64,000 bases of DNA from Paraspadella gotoi (Eukaryota; Animalia; Chaetognatha), in NCBI GenBank assembly GCA_051294375.1, contig CM119267.1, positions 21,211,755-21,275,754 of the forward strand, given 5' to 3'. Of the stretch, positions 26,486-41,848 are shown in pieces; the stretch's first letter is position 1; each line of letters starts with the position of its first letter. Position numbers and translations under genes: made by a program. Below the pieces are notes generated by a model. It saw only the letters and a list, made by a program, of their open reading frames with translations. It searched no databases and was not told the origin of the DNA.

Positions 26486-26820
26486 GAGCTCTCTTTTGCC
26501 GAGAGTGCCCCCATTTCTTTTTATTTATCCACTATTAATTGTAATCTTAATATTTTATATAAATAGGTTTTAAAACCTTACAAGTCACTAACCCTAATCT
26601 CTAATCCTAATCTCTAATCCCTAATCCCTGAACCCTAACCCTAACTCTTAGGCCTACTTTCTAACCCTAACCTTTAACGCATTAATACTATCCTAACCTA
26701 AGTCCTCACGCTTAATCACTAACCTAATCCTTTACCTAATCCCTAACCTAAACTTTTTAATTTTTAACTAAAAATACTACATTCAAATTCAATAAATGGG
26801 ACTTTCAGGGAACCTAGGCC
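26486..26820. mobile_element. Short TIR element filled with degenerate (CCCTAA)n
   Basis: Ends GCTCTCTTTTGCCGAGAGTGCCCCCATTT and AAATGGGACTTTCAGGGAA form imperfect inverted repeats. Telomere-like hexamers at ~26590-26752. Duplicated at 38401-38735. Confidence 0.5.
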
Positions 26821-27230
26821 GTTTTCGTTTTGTCTCTTAAACAGATTTCGATAAGATCATATAAAAAACATATATTGATGCTGACTGAACGAAGTTGGGG
26901 AGAGAGACGGAAATTATATCGGCGAAGCGTAACTATTTCTTCCACCCTCTTTTTGCTTATTTCTTTCTTCACCTTTTTCGTCATTAATAAAATAACTAAT
27001 AATAGCAAAACTGAACTGCTTAAAAAGTTATTGTTGTTATTTTGTTGTTTTGTTGTTAATCTTGATATTTCGATCTAGATTCTTTTCTGTCCGACCCTTT
27101 TCTAAAGTTGAAAATTCAACAAAAGATTCCCTCGTTTCAATCTTCATTGCTGAGCAATTTTGTTATACTTTTTCTTGTTTTCAAAGCCTTATTCTCTCTC
27201 TCTCTCCTCTCTCTCCTCTCTCTCTGTCTC

Positions 27231-27284
<54 letters not shown>

Positions 27285-27488
27285 CTTTCAATTTCGTCAA
27301 GAAAGAAAATGAACGGTCACAAACAGAAACGGAGAAAACCGAATTTTTTTTTTCACGTCTTACGAATACCTGACAACAAAAATCTCTCTCCTCTCTCTCT
27401 CACTCTCTTCCTCAGTCTCTCTCTCTCGCTCTCTCTCGTCTCATCTACCTCTCTCACTTATGCTCTCTTACTCCAGCTTTTCTTTCTT

Positions 27489-27519
<31 letters not shown>

Positions 27520-27565
27520 CCTTTTTTCTCTTTTTTCTTTCCTTTCTTTCCTTTCTTTTCTTTCT

Positions 27566-27613
<48 letters not shown>

Positions 27614-27899
27614 TTCTTTAATTTTGTCTTCTCTTTCTCTGATGCTCTCGTCTCTCTCTTTCTCTCTACTCTCTTCTCTCTCTCTCTTCTCTCTCTCTAT
27701 CTCTCTCCCTCTCGTCACTTATGCTCTTCTTCCCAGCCTTTTCCTTTCTTTTCTTTTTTTCCTTTCTTTCCTTTCTCTTTTCTTTCTTTCTTCTTTCTTT
27801 CTTTCTTTCTTTCTTTTATCTTTCTTTCTTTAATTTGTCTCTCTCTTTCTTCTGATGTCTCTCTCTCTCTTTCTCTCTCTCTTCTCTCGTCTCTCTCGT

Positions 27900-27935
<36 letters not shown>

Positions 27936-29583
27936 CTCTCTTTTCCTCTCACAGGGGAAAGTTTGAAAATTGGGGCAAGCGCCCGTTTGAAAATGGGACA
28001 AGTACCGATTCGATAATGGACAAGCCGCCTGTTTTTACGATGTTTGTCATTTTGAGGCCCTAAACCCCTGAAATTGCGCTCGAAGGGGAGATTAAACAAA
28101 AAAAGTTTTGGAGAGATGTGGAAACGAACGACGACGAACGACAGAAGAACGAAGACGACGACGACAACGAAGCGACGAAGACGAAGAACGAAGACGAAGA
28201 CGAAGACGAAGACGAAGACGACGACGACGAACAACGACGGGGAGGATGAGGTGAACGTGAACGTGAAAAGCCATGATTGTGTAGACATAAACAACAATAA
28301 AGTCGCCTTTTGACAAACAAAAATTCTATAAGTTAATTTCAATTAATCATTATGGAGAAAATTCTTAACGGAAACTAAAAAAATAAAAAATTAAAATTTT
28401 TAAATTTCTTTACACAATTATTGTGGAATTTTACAGCATTTTAGGTATTTAGGTAAATTTTAATAAAAATCTTTTTTTCAAAAAAAAAAGGGTTTACCAC
28501 TTAATATAACTCTAATTATACCTTTATTCGGCTAAGTCGTGAAGAAAAAAGTACACCATCCCCCTCCAACTACTGTTTCATGCAAATGAGATTAAAGGAA
28601 TTTTCCTATTTTTCCGTGACAATTATGATGTGAAAAACTTTTTAAATGTAATATAAACGCCAAATAGTTAATTTTTTTAGTCTCTTTGGGCTTTCTTCCC
28701 CTTGCCTCTTTCTTTCTGCAGTAATTCCACTCTCTGCTTTTGAGTAAAAAAAGAAAAAGGATAGAGGACTAGGACCGTAAACCGAAGAAGAAGAAGAAGA
28801 CGACTACGACGACGACGACACAGACGCAGACGACGACGACGACTAAAAAAAGGTCAATGACTTACTCGATCCTCTGTACCAAACTCAATAACGTCCGTCG
28901 ACGGTGATTTGCGTTAAAATTAATGGCGGGGAATAGATTATTCATCGAAATAAGCCAATTATTAATTCCGTTTTTAAAATTCCTGAAGAAAATATGTTTA
29001 TTATAAAATTTTATAAGTGACCTTTGTCAAGTGTTTTTGTAAACAAACATAACCGTAATTTTAACACTTAAGAAAATATTAATTTCCAATTCATTGTTAA
29101 TAAACTTGGACTGTGAGAGAGTATCTTTTTGAAGCATTCATGGTCGCTTGCTAATTTTATTATCTATATGAAATGGAAGCTTGTAACCTCACTATAACAC
29201 GTCCAAAGCAAGTGGCAAGCTTGCTATAGCCTATAATTTCAGCTAAAAAAGGATTAAAAAATTTTAAAATTAAATTATATTCAATCTCTAGTTTGATAAA
29301 AATTAAAATAAACAACAACCCGAATGAGAACAGAATGTAAGAAACAACGACGACAACGACGACAACAGCGCCGAGGCGATCATCGGCGCCGTTCTTCATC
29401 GCTGCATTAAACGGAGGCGCCACCCGCGACTCGAAGCAAGGCGTCAATCTCGCGTCGATTCCGCCGCCGGATTTTGACGGTTTTTCCGCTCGGCGCCTTA
29501 ACGAATACTCGCTTTCCGTTTTTACGATCCGGTTCTTGGTTTCGTCGGAGCTCTCTCTCTCTCTCTCTGCTCTCTCTCTCTCA

Positions 29584-29639
<56 letters not shown>

Positions 29640-29640
<1 letters not shown>

Positions 29641-29738
29641 ACTCATCAAGGTCCAAAATCAGTAATTACTTACTCATTAAATAAGTATTTGCCTATCTTT
29701 CTATATTCTCTCTCTCGTCTCTCTCCTCTCATCTCTCG

Positions 29739-29775
<37 letters not shown>

Positions 29776-29884
29776 TTCACTCATGCAGTCAAATCAGTAT
29801 TACATTACCTCATTAAAAAGTATTTGCCTAAGGTCTTTCTATATTCTCTCTCTCTCCCTTCTCTCTCTCTCTCTCTCTCTCCTC

Positions 29885-29933
<49 letters not shown>

Positions 29934-30010
29934 ACTCATCAAGTCCAATCAGTAAATAAACATTACTCATTAAATAAGTATTTCAACTAAATCTTTCTAT
30001 ATTCTCTCTC
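29640..30010. repeat. Compound minisatellite, ~140-150 bp unit x3 separated by (CT)n
   Basis: ACTCATCAAG..AATCAGTA..TTACTCATTAAATAAGTATTT..TCTTTCTATATTCTCTC repeated three times; also at ~41555-41930 and ~53052-53390. Confidence 0.8.
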
Positions 30011-31037
30011 TCTCTCTCTCGACTCTCTCTCTCTCCGTCTCTCTCTCTGTCGCTCTTTCTTTAAAATTCACTCTCTTCTTTTCAAATTGAAAAGGAAACC
30101 GATTTTCATATGCCTCAAACTTCTATTCACAGTCTTTCCTTTCGTCGTCGTCGTCGTCGTCGTCGTCCGTCGTCGTCGTCGTCCGTCGGTCGTCATCGGT
30201 CGTCGGTCCTCAAGTTTTTCGTTTTTCCTGTTGTCATTGTTTGTTGTTGTTTTGTTGTCCTTGCCGNNNNNNNNNNNNNNNNNNNNNNNNNTTTTCTTCT
30301 TTTTCTTTTTCTCCTTTGGTTTTTTTTATCTCTTCAATCTGTTCCCTATTTTTCTTTGTTGTTTCTTTTTTTGTTGTTTTTATTTATTCTTATTAAATTC
30401 GAGACTCAATATGAGGCATTTTTTTTGGTCTGGAGTTCCCTCTCCCTCTCATAAAATAATAAGAAAAACCTAGTATAATTTTTTAAAAAATTAATTAAAC
30501 AAGTTTAACAATTTCTCTTGACATTTGAGTCATTGGTCTCCCCAAAATATCCTAAAAATCAATTTAACTTTGATCATATTGATTTATTAATTATTTTGAA
30601 TTTTCTGATTCCCTCTTATTTTTCTCTAATTTGCTGTCATCGTTTTTAATGTTCATTTTTTAAAATTTTGTCTCGAATATTTTTTTCTCAATTCTTTTCG
30701 ACTTCTCTGCTCTCATTTTCTTTTTTCTTTCTTTCCTTTTTTTTCATCCCTATCTTCTTCCTCCACCCTTTTCCTTTTTCTCTCCTTCCTTTTCCTCCCC
30801 TCCATCCCTTCTTCATTCACCGAGCGAATGAAGCCCCGCGCGATGGGCGATAAAAGTGACGTCGCCGCCATGATTAATTTTTAATTTGACATCGAAACGC
30901 GAGAGTTCGCGCTCGTCCATCGATCTCGTTGTCTCGTGGGGGAAAAAAAAAGAACATCCTCAAACTTTATTTTATTTTTTTAAGGTAAATTAATTTTAGG
31001 AGAAAAAACAATTTTATTTGTTTTTATCAACGATTGT

Positions 31038-31101
31038 ATTATTGGTAAGACAATGTTCGACTCTTTTTGAGTTTTAGAGCTCTTCATCAGTTATGACAAT
31101 C
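31038..31101 (-). ncRNA. Hammerhead ribozyme motif (duplicate of 19443-19506)
   Basis: Same sequence as 19443-19506. Confidence 0.7.
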
Positions 31102-34100
31102 AATATTTTACTACTTTAACATTAGGTTAGAGAGAGAGAGAGAAGAGAAGAGAGAGAGAGAGAGAGACAGAAAAAGAGGGAGTTTCCCAACAAAGAATCT
31201 GAGCAAAGGAACAGTGGTCAGATATGAGGACAGGTGAGTAAGATCAGGGAAGAAGTTGGGTGAAATTGAAATAAGAGAGAGAGAGAGAGAACAGGGTAAG
31301 AGAATCTTTACATTTTTTGTAATTATATAAACAATGATAGAGAAATAATAACAACTAATAGTAACTAATAAGTAACATTGTAAAATAAATTAATGAAGTT
31401 AAGAAAGTTGAAAATTGAAATAGAAGAATAAGTGATGAAGGGATAGGTAAGTTAGAGTTAGTGAAAATTAAGTTGAGAGAAAGAGCTCAAAATGAGCTGG
31501 ACCCGCCCCCACGGGTTGGCAAAAGGTGGGACGTTTGCGATAGGCTCGGGTCATTGGCTTGGTCCATGGGCTGAGAAGATATAACTGTGGAGTGTGACAT
31601 TCGGGATCTGGTAGTGATCCTCCTGGGAAAATGCCTAACGCACTCGAATATTCTCTCTGGCCTGATAAGGCCTAGCCGATTGGGGCCCCCTCTCACCTGA
31701 CGGTGAAGGTGGGCGATTGCCTGTTATAGCCTGCTTTGGTGCAGGAGATAACAGACTCCTCTCCCTCCTTCCTGTAGCCGTCGTTTTTGGCGACGCCAGT
31801 GTGAGAAGAGTCATGCCACGTTTGCACAGGCCGGGAAGAGTATCGGTCGTCCATTGCCCTGCTGGGAGGTCTCCGCCTGACCGTTGAAGTGGGGGCGGGG
31901 AATCACCGTGCGGTGGGGCGGCTCTGGGGCCGTTCCACCACCAAACTTGATAAGCGAATCATAGCTTGGAGGGAGAATCGAAGCGTCCCTCCATCACGGT
32001 TACAGAGAGGGCTCGAGGGCCTTTGATGTAGATAGCCTCTCCTAATGAACCTCTCTTGAAAACCAATTTTGGTCAATGGGACAGCACGAGGCAGTACGTC
32101 TCTCTAAACAGATGGCCAGAGGCACAAGAGTGCTCTGAGATAAGCTGAACAGGTAAGTGACCTCGCCTGAGTCACGGTAAGGTTTCGTATAGTTGCTTGA
32201 ACCGATCTGAGAGAGATTTTCCTGTCTCGCCCACAGTTATGCCTGCTGTGCAGGGTGTTTTCCCTTGCCTGCAACAGGCCGCCAATAGAACGGCTCTGAT
32301 GTTTTTTCGTTCTGGGATTTGTCTTCGTTTCAACCAGTTGCTCACGTAGAGAACGCCGGGTCGTCACTGAAGTGGAGATCCCCTGCTTTGCCAGCACCCG
32401 GCACCAAAGCTTCAAGTGATACCCCTGGTGGTAGGGGAGGGACAAGTGACCGCACGTTCTGAGAACGCTCTGCTTATCTCCCATTTGCCCGCTGTGGGGG
32501 TCGCGGTTGGTCCTTCAGCAGCAAAGGTCCGGTTCTTTCATCCCTGGGGGGCGGAGGTTGAACCCCTGCGTTAGCGGCTACTTTGGCAGCCCCTTGTGGC
32601 CACTGCCCTCAGCTTGGTTCTGCCGAACCTAGCCTTCTCCGAAATGCCCCACAGAGGGAACCATTGAGCGCCAAGGCTCTTTGACATGCCAAGCCTCGGC
32701 CCGCCTGGAGCTCGGGGGTCGACCGGAATCAGAAGAGTCTCCTCCTGGTAAGGGATCTGACCTGTGGCGAGCTTGTGTGACAAGGGGGCGTGTGAATCAA
32801 GGGAATGTATTGATCAGTATGCGTTGGTTTGCCGATCCAGACAGAATAACTCCAATGAGCCGCCCTCTTTGCGCTTTAAATAAGCACATCGAGCAAATTG
32901 GAATTTTACCAATTCTCCTCTTTTTCACACGTCCACTGAATACTCCGCTTCGATGCCGTTCAAGTGTGTTAGTAAGGGCTCAACGAGATCCCTTTGCACA
33001 GCCAGGATGGTATCGTCTGCTTTTCCGATACTAGAAGAGAAACTGAACTCTGCCGCCATGCAGAGATCGAAACGAAGCCAAAGCTTCCACCTCAAAATCC
33101 CTATAGAAATCTGCAGAGGACTTGAGTTGATTTGCCATCCCTAAGCCACCAGGCTGGGCATAGTACGCGTCCTCGACCTGAGTCGCCAAGTTCCAGGTCG
33201 AGCCGCAAGCAGTGCCATGAATTCAATCCAATTGGATTGGCGTACCCTTCGTGGCAACAACCGGTCTCCTTCAGGCGGCGTTCTGCGGATGCTAACGCCA
33301 GTCCCATGAGGATGTTTTAGTGAACATACTTTTTAGTCAACACGAGACCAAGAGATAGACTATCGGCAAACTATGATATGCTGGAGCTTTTCTGTCAGAT
33401 CAAGAGAATTTTGAGGTGTGTTGGTTTTTCCGAACAAGAGGAGTGAGAATGCGTCCCAACTCCCTTCGCATTCCAATTAAAAATGGAATTGCGGGCCCGA
33501 TACGATAGGGCGTAACGGTAAATTCGGGCTTTGAATCCGCTTCGCTGACCCGAAGAAAAGAAGGCGGCTGCGTTGAAAGTCAGGGTTGACTCTATGGAAA
33601 CTGCCGGGGAACAGTATTCGCGAATTTTGCTTGTTCCACCGTCTGGACTTAAACTCTGTAAGCAAGAGTAAGGATCCTGTCCAAGGGTTTATAACGTCTC
33701 CTTGTCCGATAGCATTTTCGTAACCTTGGACTTATAGTCTTGAGTGTTCATAACCACTGCAGCTCGCCCCTTATCTGCGGGTGAACCAATGATTGCTTGA
33801 TTGCGCCTGAGTGAGGCAATGCTTAGCAGCTCGACCTCTTACAACTTCTTAACAACCGAAGGATAGCCGCCGCTTCGGGCCGTTGATCTAGGAGACCGGC
33901 TCCTGTTTTCAACGCGACGAATGAGGTCTAAATAACAGGTTTTTGTTTTAAAAAGGGTGGAACAAAAAGACATGCCAGCCTTTCTTACAGCTGTATCTTC
34001 AAAAATTCTTTCGAGCAGTTCAGGATGGAGGCCGGGTGATTGTGGCCAACACCTCCTGGGCTTTAACGAGACTTCATTCACTGGACGACGTCGTGGGGGA

Positions 34101-34721
34101 AAGTTTCGTTCTGCGCCGGCTTCTGGCCCGTCTATCCTTTCGAAGAAACTTCTCCTGAGCGTAGCGCACCCGGACGCGATAGTGTGTTCCACACACTTCC
34201 GTTTCTGTTTTCTACATTTTGAAAGCTCTTATCTTCTCAATCCTCTCTCTAATTGTTCACTAACTCCGTTTACTTACCTATCCCCTCATCACTTTATTTC
34301 TTCTATTTTCAATTTTCCAAACTTCTTGTAATCTCATTAATTCTATTTTTACAATGTTACTATTAGTTCAAACTATTGTAAGTCGTTTTCGCTCGGAACG
34401 CGTATGCTCTATTTTTCTCTCTACTCATTGTTCTATACATTACGCAGAAAAAATGTAAATGATCTTTCTCCTTTTACCGCTGTCTCTCTCTCTCTCTCTC
34501 TTATTTTCAAATTTCATCCGCAACTTCTTCCCCTGATTCTTACCTTCTCTACCCGTTCGCTCCTGTCAGTAATCTGACCAGCTGTCCCTCATTGCTCAAT
34601 TCTTTTGGAAACTTCCCTCTTTTTTCTCTCCTCTCTCTTCTCGCTCTCTCTCTCTCTCTGCTCTCCTCCATCATTCTCTCTCTCCGTCCTATAAGCTAAT
34701 GTTAAAGAGTAAAAATATCTG

Positions 34722-34800
34722 ATCTGTCACTAACTGATGAAGATCTTCTTAAAACCTTCAATAAGAGATTCAAAACATGGTGCCGCCAAGTTAACCATAA
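34722..34800 (+). ncRNA. Hammerhead motif in inverted pLTR, noisy copy
   Basis: CTGATGA at 34734 followed by AGATCTTC..GAGATTCAAAACATGG; positionally homologous to 23007-23066. Confidence 0.4.
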
Positions 34801-36262
34801 TACAATTCGTTGATAAAACAATAAATTGTTTTTTTTCTCACGCCCCTAAAACTTCAAAACCGCCGGCTGACGCCGAACGAATGTGATTAGTTTAATAACA
34901 ATGGTTAAGAGTTAATTATATAAAATGAAAGCAGCCGTGTAGGTTTGTAACAAAGTAGCGTTCTTCTTTTCTTTCTCTCTCTCTCTGCTCTCTCATCTCT
35001 CTCTCCATCTCTCTCTCTCTCTCTCTCCTCTCTCCTCCTCTCTCTCTCTTCTCTCTCGTCATCCGCGAAACGCTATTAAAAAAATAGAAAAACAATGTCG
35101 CCGACCAAAGTGACCTGACCGTCGACCATCCCCTTGTTTACTCTGCGTAGTATACAGAGGTCCTCTTGTTTTTAGTTCCGACTCGGGCCGCCGTCCGCTT
35201 TTTTGTCGCTTTTGCTTCTCGTCCGCCGTCGCCCATGCGACTCAGAGCGAAAGATTAAGAGAGTCGTTTTGTTTCTTTCTCTCTTCCTACATTTTTCAGC
35301 CCTATTTTCTCTCGGCCTTCCAATTGCCTAATTTCCTTTGAAAGGGGAGGAGAGAGATGAGAGAGTATGAAGAGAGAGAGAGAGACGAGAGAGAGAGAGG
35401 AGAGGAGCAAGAGCGAGAGAGAAGAGAGAAGAAGAGAGAGCCTGAATTAGTCGGAATGCTTCCACATCTTATTTTCCGCTGCATAATTTTGGAACTTTTT
35501 ACATGATGATAAAATTTTTTTGTTGCAAAATTGACTGATTAACAGAGATATTACTTTTTTTTTTTTTTTTGAACCTCAAATAACATGAAAAATGTCAATA
35601 TTTAATGTGAAAATTCGTTCGTCCATCTTGTAGCGCGGAATATTTTTGTCTGGGGTTTACTCGTTTACTGTCGTCTACAAAAAAAAATTTCCTAAATTTA
35701 CTCGTTGTAGTAATTTCATAGGAAAAGCTAAATTTAAATATGAATATAATAAGTTTCGGAACACAGGCTGGTGAGGGATAAAGTGTTAATTGATTTTGGG
35801 ATTAAGATTTAAGGGTATAGACATTAATTGATTAAAGAATAAGACTTACACCAGTATAACTGTATTGGTTTTAGTGTTGAATTTGTAGAAGTTCTGTTAT
35901 TGTCAGATAATACTGAGATCTTTTAGCGATGTGAAGTCAATAAATACTCTTACCCGTTACACTTACACGTTTCATCTTACGCCTATATATTACCGTCTTT
36001 ACTTTATAAGGTAATTATTTGTTTTTAATTTAGTGTTCTAATCCTCCTTGATTTTTTTTTATTTTATCCAATTCGTTGGTTTCTTTTATTGCCATCTCTA
36101 CTGTCTCGAAATCCGTTTACTTCATTTTAGCCTCTGCATTTCGTTAGTTGACAAAAAAAGAAGAAAAAACTTAACAAAGAGCGCGAAAAAAGGTACGCAT
36201 TAAAACAATGCGTCGTCATGAAATCACCTCCGTTTAGAGAAAGAGTGAAAGATGAGAGAGAG

Positions 36263-36327
<65 letters not shown>

Positions 36328-36470
36328 AGAGAGAAGAGAATAAGTAATAAGGAGAAAAAAAGGAAACAAGAAATGGAAGAGAAAAGACAAATGGAGAAAA
36401 GCGTCTGAAAAAAAAAAAAGGAGAAAATTTGAATCTGTTTTTATGGTGGGATAGGAAAACAGAGAGAGAC

Positions 36471-36532
<62 letters not shown>

Positions 36533-37050
36533 TATTAAGGAGTGGTAGAAAAAAGAGCGAAATTCCCGGATTCATGGTCGTTTTTTTTTTTTCGTCTTCC
36601 ATTTAATCTCGAGCGTTTTTATTTCTTTCTAAACTTTTTTTTCTGTTTTTTTTTTTTTTTTTTTTTGGTTGTCGGACAATTTTTGGTTTTAAATTATTTT
36701 TTAAATCGGGGTATATATTGTTTTTTTACCTCCAATGCATATTCGTTTTCTTTCGATCAGTCCGAGTAAGATAACGATAATTTCAATTCTTCTTTTTTTA
36801 AAATTTTATATTTTTTCATCATTATTCTGATTCAGTTATATTAATGCGTTTAATTATTTCATCACAACTTCTCGATTGATTTTTTTCTTTAAGGCTAAAT
36901 ATTCGTTCATTTAATAAGAATCATTCATATCATTCCATTCTATCGCTTCATTCATGTCCATTGGCACTTGTTCTTGTCTCCCTTCCTTCCGCGTGATACA
37001 AACTGGATACGAAATTGCGCCTCTTGCGGTTTTTTTTTTTTCTCTTATCT

Positions 37051-37088
<38 letters not shown>

Positions 37089-38181
37089 ATTTTTTTCTTT
37101 TCACATTTTTTTTCTTTTCAATCTATCTTCTTTCTTCTATTTCTAATCCTCATTTCTTCTTTAATTTTTCTTTTGTTTTCATTCCATCTTACAATACCTC
37201 TCTATCTCTATCTGCCCCTCTAACTATCTCTTTTCTTTTTCTCTTCTTTCCTCTCTAAACTTCACCCTCTTCTTCCCCTCTTATCAACTCATCGAATCCC
37301 TAAAAAAAAAAGAAAAAGAAGAATGAGAAACACATAACAAAGATTAAACCGTGAATCCTTCTAAAAAACGGCTGCTGCGGACCGAGCCGCCTCCGCCGCC
37401 TCAGCCACCGCTCCTGCCGGCGGGGAATTCGCTCGAGAGCGAAGCCCCCCCCCGCGAATCTAACTTACTCGCAGCGCGAAATTCACGCGGAATGCGGAGT
37501 GAGGCGGATTGGGCTGAGGCGGATTGGGTGGAGTCATTTCCCGATGTCGTCCGGCAGCAGAAGATTTCAAAATTTCTCTTCTAAAATATTAAATTCTTTA
37601 AACCAAAAGTAAATGACAATCAACGACTACAAAACTTAAAAACGTAAAAATATCAAGATATATATAGTTTTTATCATATTTAATCGTATCCTGTCGAAAG
37701 TTGGCAGGGACCCCTGGCTATATTCATTATCTTGTAAGCAGTGATCGGAGGCTTTAAACCAGCCACAAAGCCTGTTCCAAAGTTCATGGGCAAGATAGCT
37801 TATTTTTTGAATGTTTTTTTATTGGTTGTCTCTATCAGCTATTATTCACGCATTCTTATCTGGGATTATGGAGGAGACTATTCTATGACTCACGACGACA
37901 ACGAATTGATCTAAATGTAAGCGATTTTTTGGGCTTCTATGTATGTCAATCGCGTCTGTTGATGTCAAAAAAAAAATATATAATTTTCTGGAAACCTTTG
38001 GTACAAAGATACAAAGATATAAAACGTAGACTGTTATTTCTCTAGAAAATCGAGGGAAATTATAAAAGTGAGAGAAAGTTGGGTTCACGAAATGTGAAAA
38101 GAGGAGGACCGACGGTTGACGAGGAAAAATTGATTTTATCCTTTTTACGCCAGAAAGAGAGAGAGAGAGAAGAGAGAGAGA

Positions 38182-38212
<31 letters not shown>

Positions 38213-39145
38213 GGGGGAGGAGAGAGAGAGAAGAACGCGGTGAATAGTGCGAGTCGCGAAATGGAAGAATAAGTGAGAAGCGGAGGAACAAACGTGACTC
38301 CATTTATTCGCGCAATAAATTAAAAGGTGGAAAATGGAAAAAAGTAAAAATGACTTTTAAAAAAAAAAAGAGGTGGGGATATGGATAAATAATAAAAATG
38401 GAGCTCTCTTTTGCCGAGAGTGCCCCCATTTCTTTTTATTTATCCACTATTAATTGTAATCTTAATATTTTATATAAATAGGTTTTAAAACCTTACAAGT
38501 CACTAACCCTAATCTCTAATCCTAATCTCTAATCCCTAATCCCTGAACCCTAACCCTAACTCTTAGGCCTACTTTCTAACCCTAACCTTTAACGCATTAA
38601 TACTATCCTAACCTAAGTCCTCACGCTTAATCACTAACCTAATCCTTTACCTAATCCCTAACCTAAACTTTTTAATTTTTAACTAAAAATACTACATTCA
38701 AATTCAATAAATGGGACTTTCAGGGAACCTAGGCCGTTTTCGTTTTGTCTCTTAAACAGATTTCGATAAGATCATATAAAAAACATATATTGATGCTGAC
38801 TGAACGAAGTTGGGGAGAGAGACGGAAATTATATCGGCGAAGCGTAACTATTTCTTCCACCCTCTTTTTGCTTATTTCTTTCTTCACCTTTTTCGTCATT
38901 AATAAAATAACTAATAATAGCAAAACTGAACTGCTTAAAAAGTTATTGTTGTTATTTTGTTGTTTTGTTGTTAATCTTGATATTTCGATCTAGATTCTTT
39001 TCTGTCCGACCCTTTTCTAAAGTTGAAAATTCAACAAAAGATTCCCTCGTTTCAATCTTCATTGCTGAGCAATTTTGTTATACTTTTTCTTGTTTTCAAA
39101 GCCTTATTCTCTCTCTCTCTCCTCTCTCTCCTCTCTCTCTGTCTC

Positions 39146-39199
<54 letters not shown>

Positions 39200-39403
39200 C
39201 TTTCAATTTCGTCAAGAAAGAAAATGAACGGTCACAAACAGAAACGGAGAAAACCGAATTTTTTTTTTCACGTCTTACGAATACCTGACAACAAAAATCT
39301 CTCTCCTCTCTCTCTCACTCTCTTCCTCAGTCTCTCTCTCTCGCTCTCTCTCGTCTCATCTACCTCTCTCACTTATGCTCTCTTACTCCAGCTTTTCTTT
39401 CTT

Positions 39404-39434
<31 letters not shown>

Positions 39435-39480
39435 CCTTTTTTCTCTTTTTTCTTTCCTTTCTTTCCTTTCTTTTCTTTCT

Positions 39481-39528
<48 letters not shown>

Positions 39529-39814
39529 TTCTTTAATTTTGTCTTCTCTTTCTCTGATGCTCTCGTCTCTCTCTTTCTCTCTACTCTCTTCTCTCTCTCT
39601 CTTCTCTCTCTCTATCTCTCTCCCTCTCGTCACTTATGCTCTTCTTCCCAGCCTTTTCCTTTCTTTTCTTTTTTTCCTTTCTTTCCTTTCTCTTTTCTTT
39701 CTTTCTTCTTTCTTTCTTTCTTTCTTTCTTTTATCTTTCTTTCTTTAATTTGTCTCTCTCTTTCTTCTGATGTCTCTCTCTCTCTTTCTCTCTCTCTTCT
39801 CTCGTCTCTCTCGT

Positions 39815-39850
<36 letters not shown>

Positions 39851-41498
39851 CTCTCTTTTCCTCTCACAGGGGAAAGTTTGAAAATTGGGGCAAGCGCCCG
39901 TTTGAAAATGGGACAAGTACCGATTCGATAATGGACAAGCCGCCTGTTTTTACGATGTTTGTCATTTTGAGGCCCTAAACCCCTGAAATTGCGCTCGAAG
40001 GGGAGATTAAACAAAAAAAGTTTTGGAGAGATGTGGAAACGAACGACGACGAACGACAGAAGAACGAAGACGACGACGACAACGAAGCGACGAAGACGAA
40101 GAACGAAGACGAAGACGAAGACGAAGACGAAGACGACGACGACGAACAACGACGGGGAGGATGAGGTGAACGTGAACGTGAAAAGCCATGATTGTGTAGA
40201 CATAAACAACAATAAAGTCGCCTTTTGACAAACAAAAATTCTATAAGTTAATTTCAATTAATCATTATGGAGAAAATTCTTAACGGAAACTAAAAAAATA
40301 AAAAATTAAAATTTTTAAATTTCTTTACACAATTATTGTGGAATTTTACAGCATTTTAGGTATTTAGGTAAATTTTAATAAAAATCTTTTTTTCAAAAAA
40401 AAAAGGGTTTACCACTTAATATAACTCTAATTATACCTTTATTCGGCTAAGTCGTGAAGAAAAAAGTACACCATCCCCCTCCAACTACTGTTTCATGCAA
40501 ATGAGATTAAAGGAATTTTCCTATTTTTCCGTGACAATTATGATGTGAAAAACTTTTTAAATGTAATATAAACGCCAAATAGTTAATTTTTTTAGTCTCT
40601 TTGGGCTTTCTTCCCCTTGCCTCTTTCTTTCTGCAGTAATTCCACTCTCTGCTTTTGAGTAAAAAAAGAAAAAGGATAGAGGACTAGGACCGTAAACCGA
40701 AGAAGAAGAAGAAGACGACTACGACGACGACGACACAGACGCAGACGACGACGACGACTAAAAAAAGGTCAATGACTTACTCGATCCTCTGTACCAAACT
40801 CAATAACGTCCGTCGACGGTGATTTGCGTTAAAATTAATGGCGGGGAATAGATTATTCATCGAAATAAGCCAATTATTAATTCCGTTTTTAAAATTCCTG
40901 AAGAAAATATGTTTATTATAAAATTTTATAAGTGACCTTTGTCAAGTGTTTTTGTAAACAAACATAACCGTAATTTTAACACTTAAGAAAATATTAATTT
41001 CCAATTCATTGTTAATAAACTTGGACTGTGAGAGAGTATCTTTTTGAAGCATTCATGGTCGCTTGCTAATTTTATTATCTATATGAAATGGAAGCTTGTA
41101 ACCTCACTATAACACGTCCAAAGCAAGTGGCAAGCTTGCTATAGCCTATAATTTCAGCTAAAAAAGGATTAAAAAATTTTAAAATTAAATTATATTCAAT
41201 CTCTAGTTTGATAAAAATTAAAATAAACAACAACCCGAATGAGAACAGAATGTAAGAAACAACGACGACAACGACGACAACAGCGCCGAGGCGATCATCG
41301 GCGCCGTTCTTCATCGCTGCATTAAACGGAGGCGCCACCCGCGACTCGAAGCAAGGCGTCAATCTCGCGTCGATTCCGCCGCCGGATTTTGACGGTTTTT
41401 CCGCTCGGCGCCTTAACGAATACTCGCTTTCCGTTTTTACGATCCGGTTCTTGGTTTCGTCGGAGCTCTCTCTCTCTCTCTCTGCTCTCTCTCTCTCA

Positions 41499-41555
<57 letters not shown>

Positions 41556-41653
41556 ACTCATCAAGGTCCAAAATCAGTAATTACTTACTCATTAAATAAG
41601 TATTTGCCTATCTTTCTATATTCTCTCTCTCGTCTCTCTCCTCTCATCTCTCG

Positions 41654-41690
<37 letters not shown>

Positions 41691-41799
41691 TTCACTCATG
41701 CAGTCAAATCAGTATTACATTACCTCATTAAAAAGTATTTGCCTAAGGTCTTTCTATATTCTCTCTCTCTCCCTTCTCTCTCTCTCTCTCTCTCTCCTC

Positions 41800-41848
<49 letters not shown>

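Larger units (their letters stand above)
30996..34899 (-). mobile_element. Second copy of the Penelope-like element (duplicated locus)
   Basis: ORF-track peptides 31487-33665 are identical to 19892-22070 (offset 11595), with the same flanks and TSD. The right part is noisier. Confidence 0.88.

Noticed and set aside
26590-26752. True telomere or chromosome-fusion site
   Set aside because: The hexamers are highly degenerate, short and enclosed by inverted repeats shared with another locus.
27108-27833. Long ORFs such as 27108-27833, 39023-39748, 50530-51495 and the many ERERER/LSLSLS ORFs
   Set aside because: These are translations of (CT)n, (CTTT)n and (AG)n microsatellites, with no domain content.
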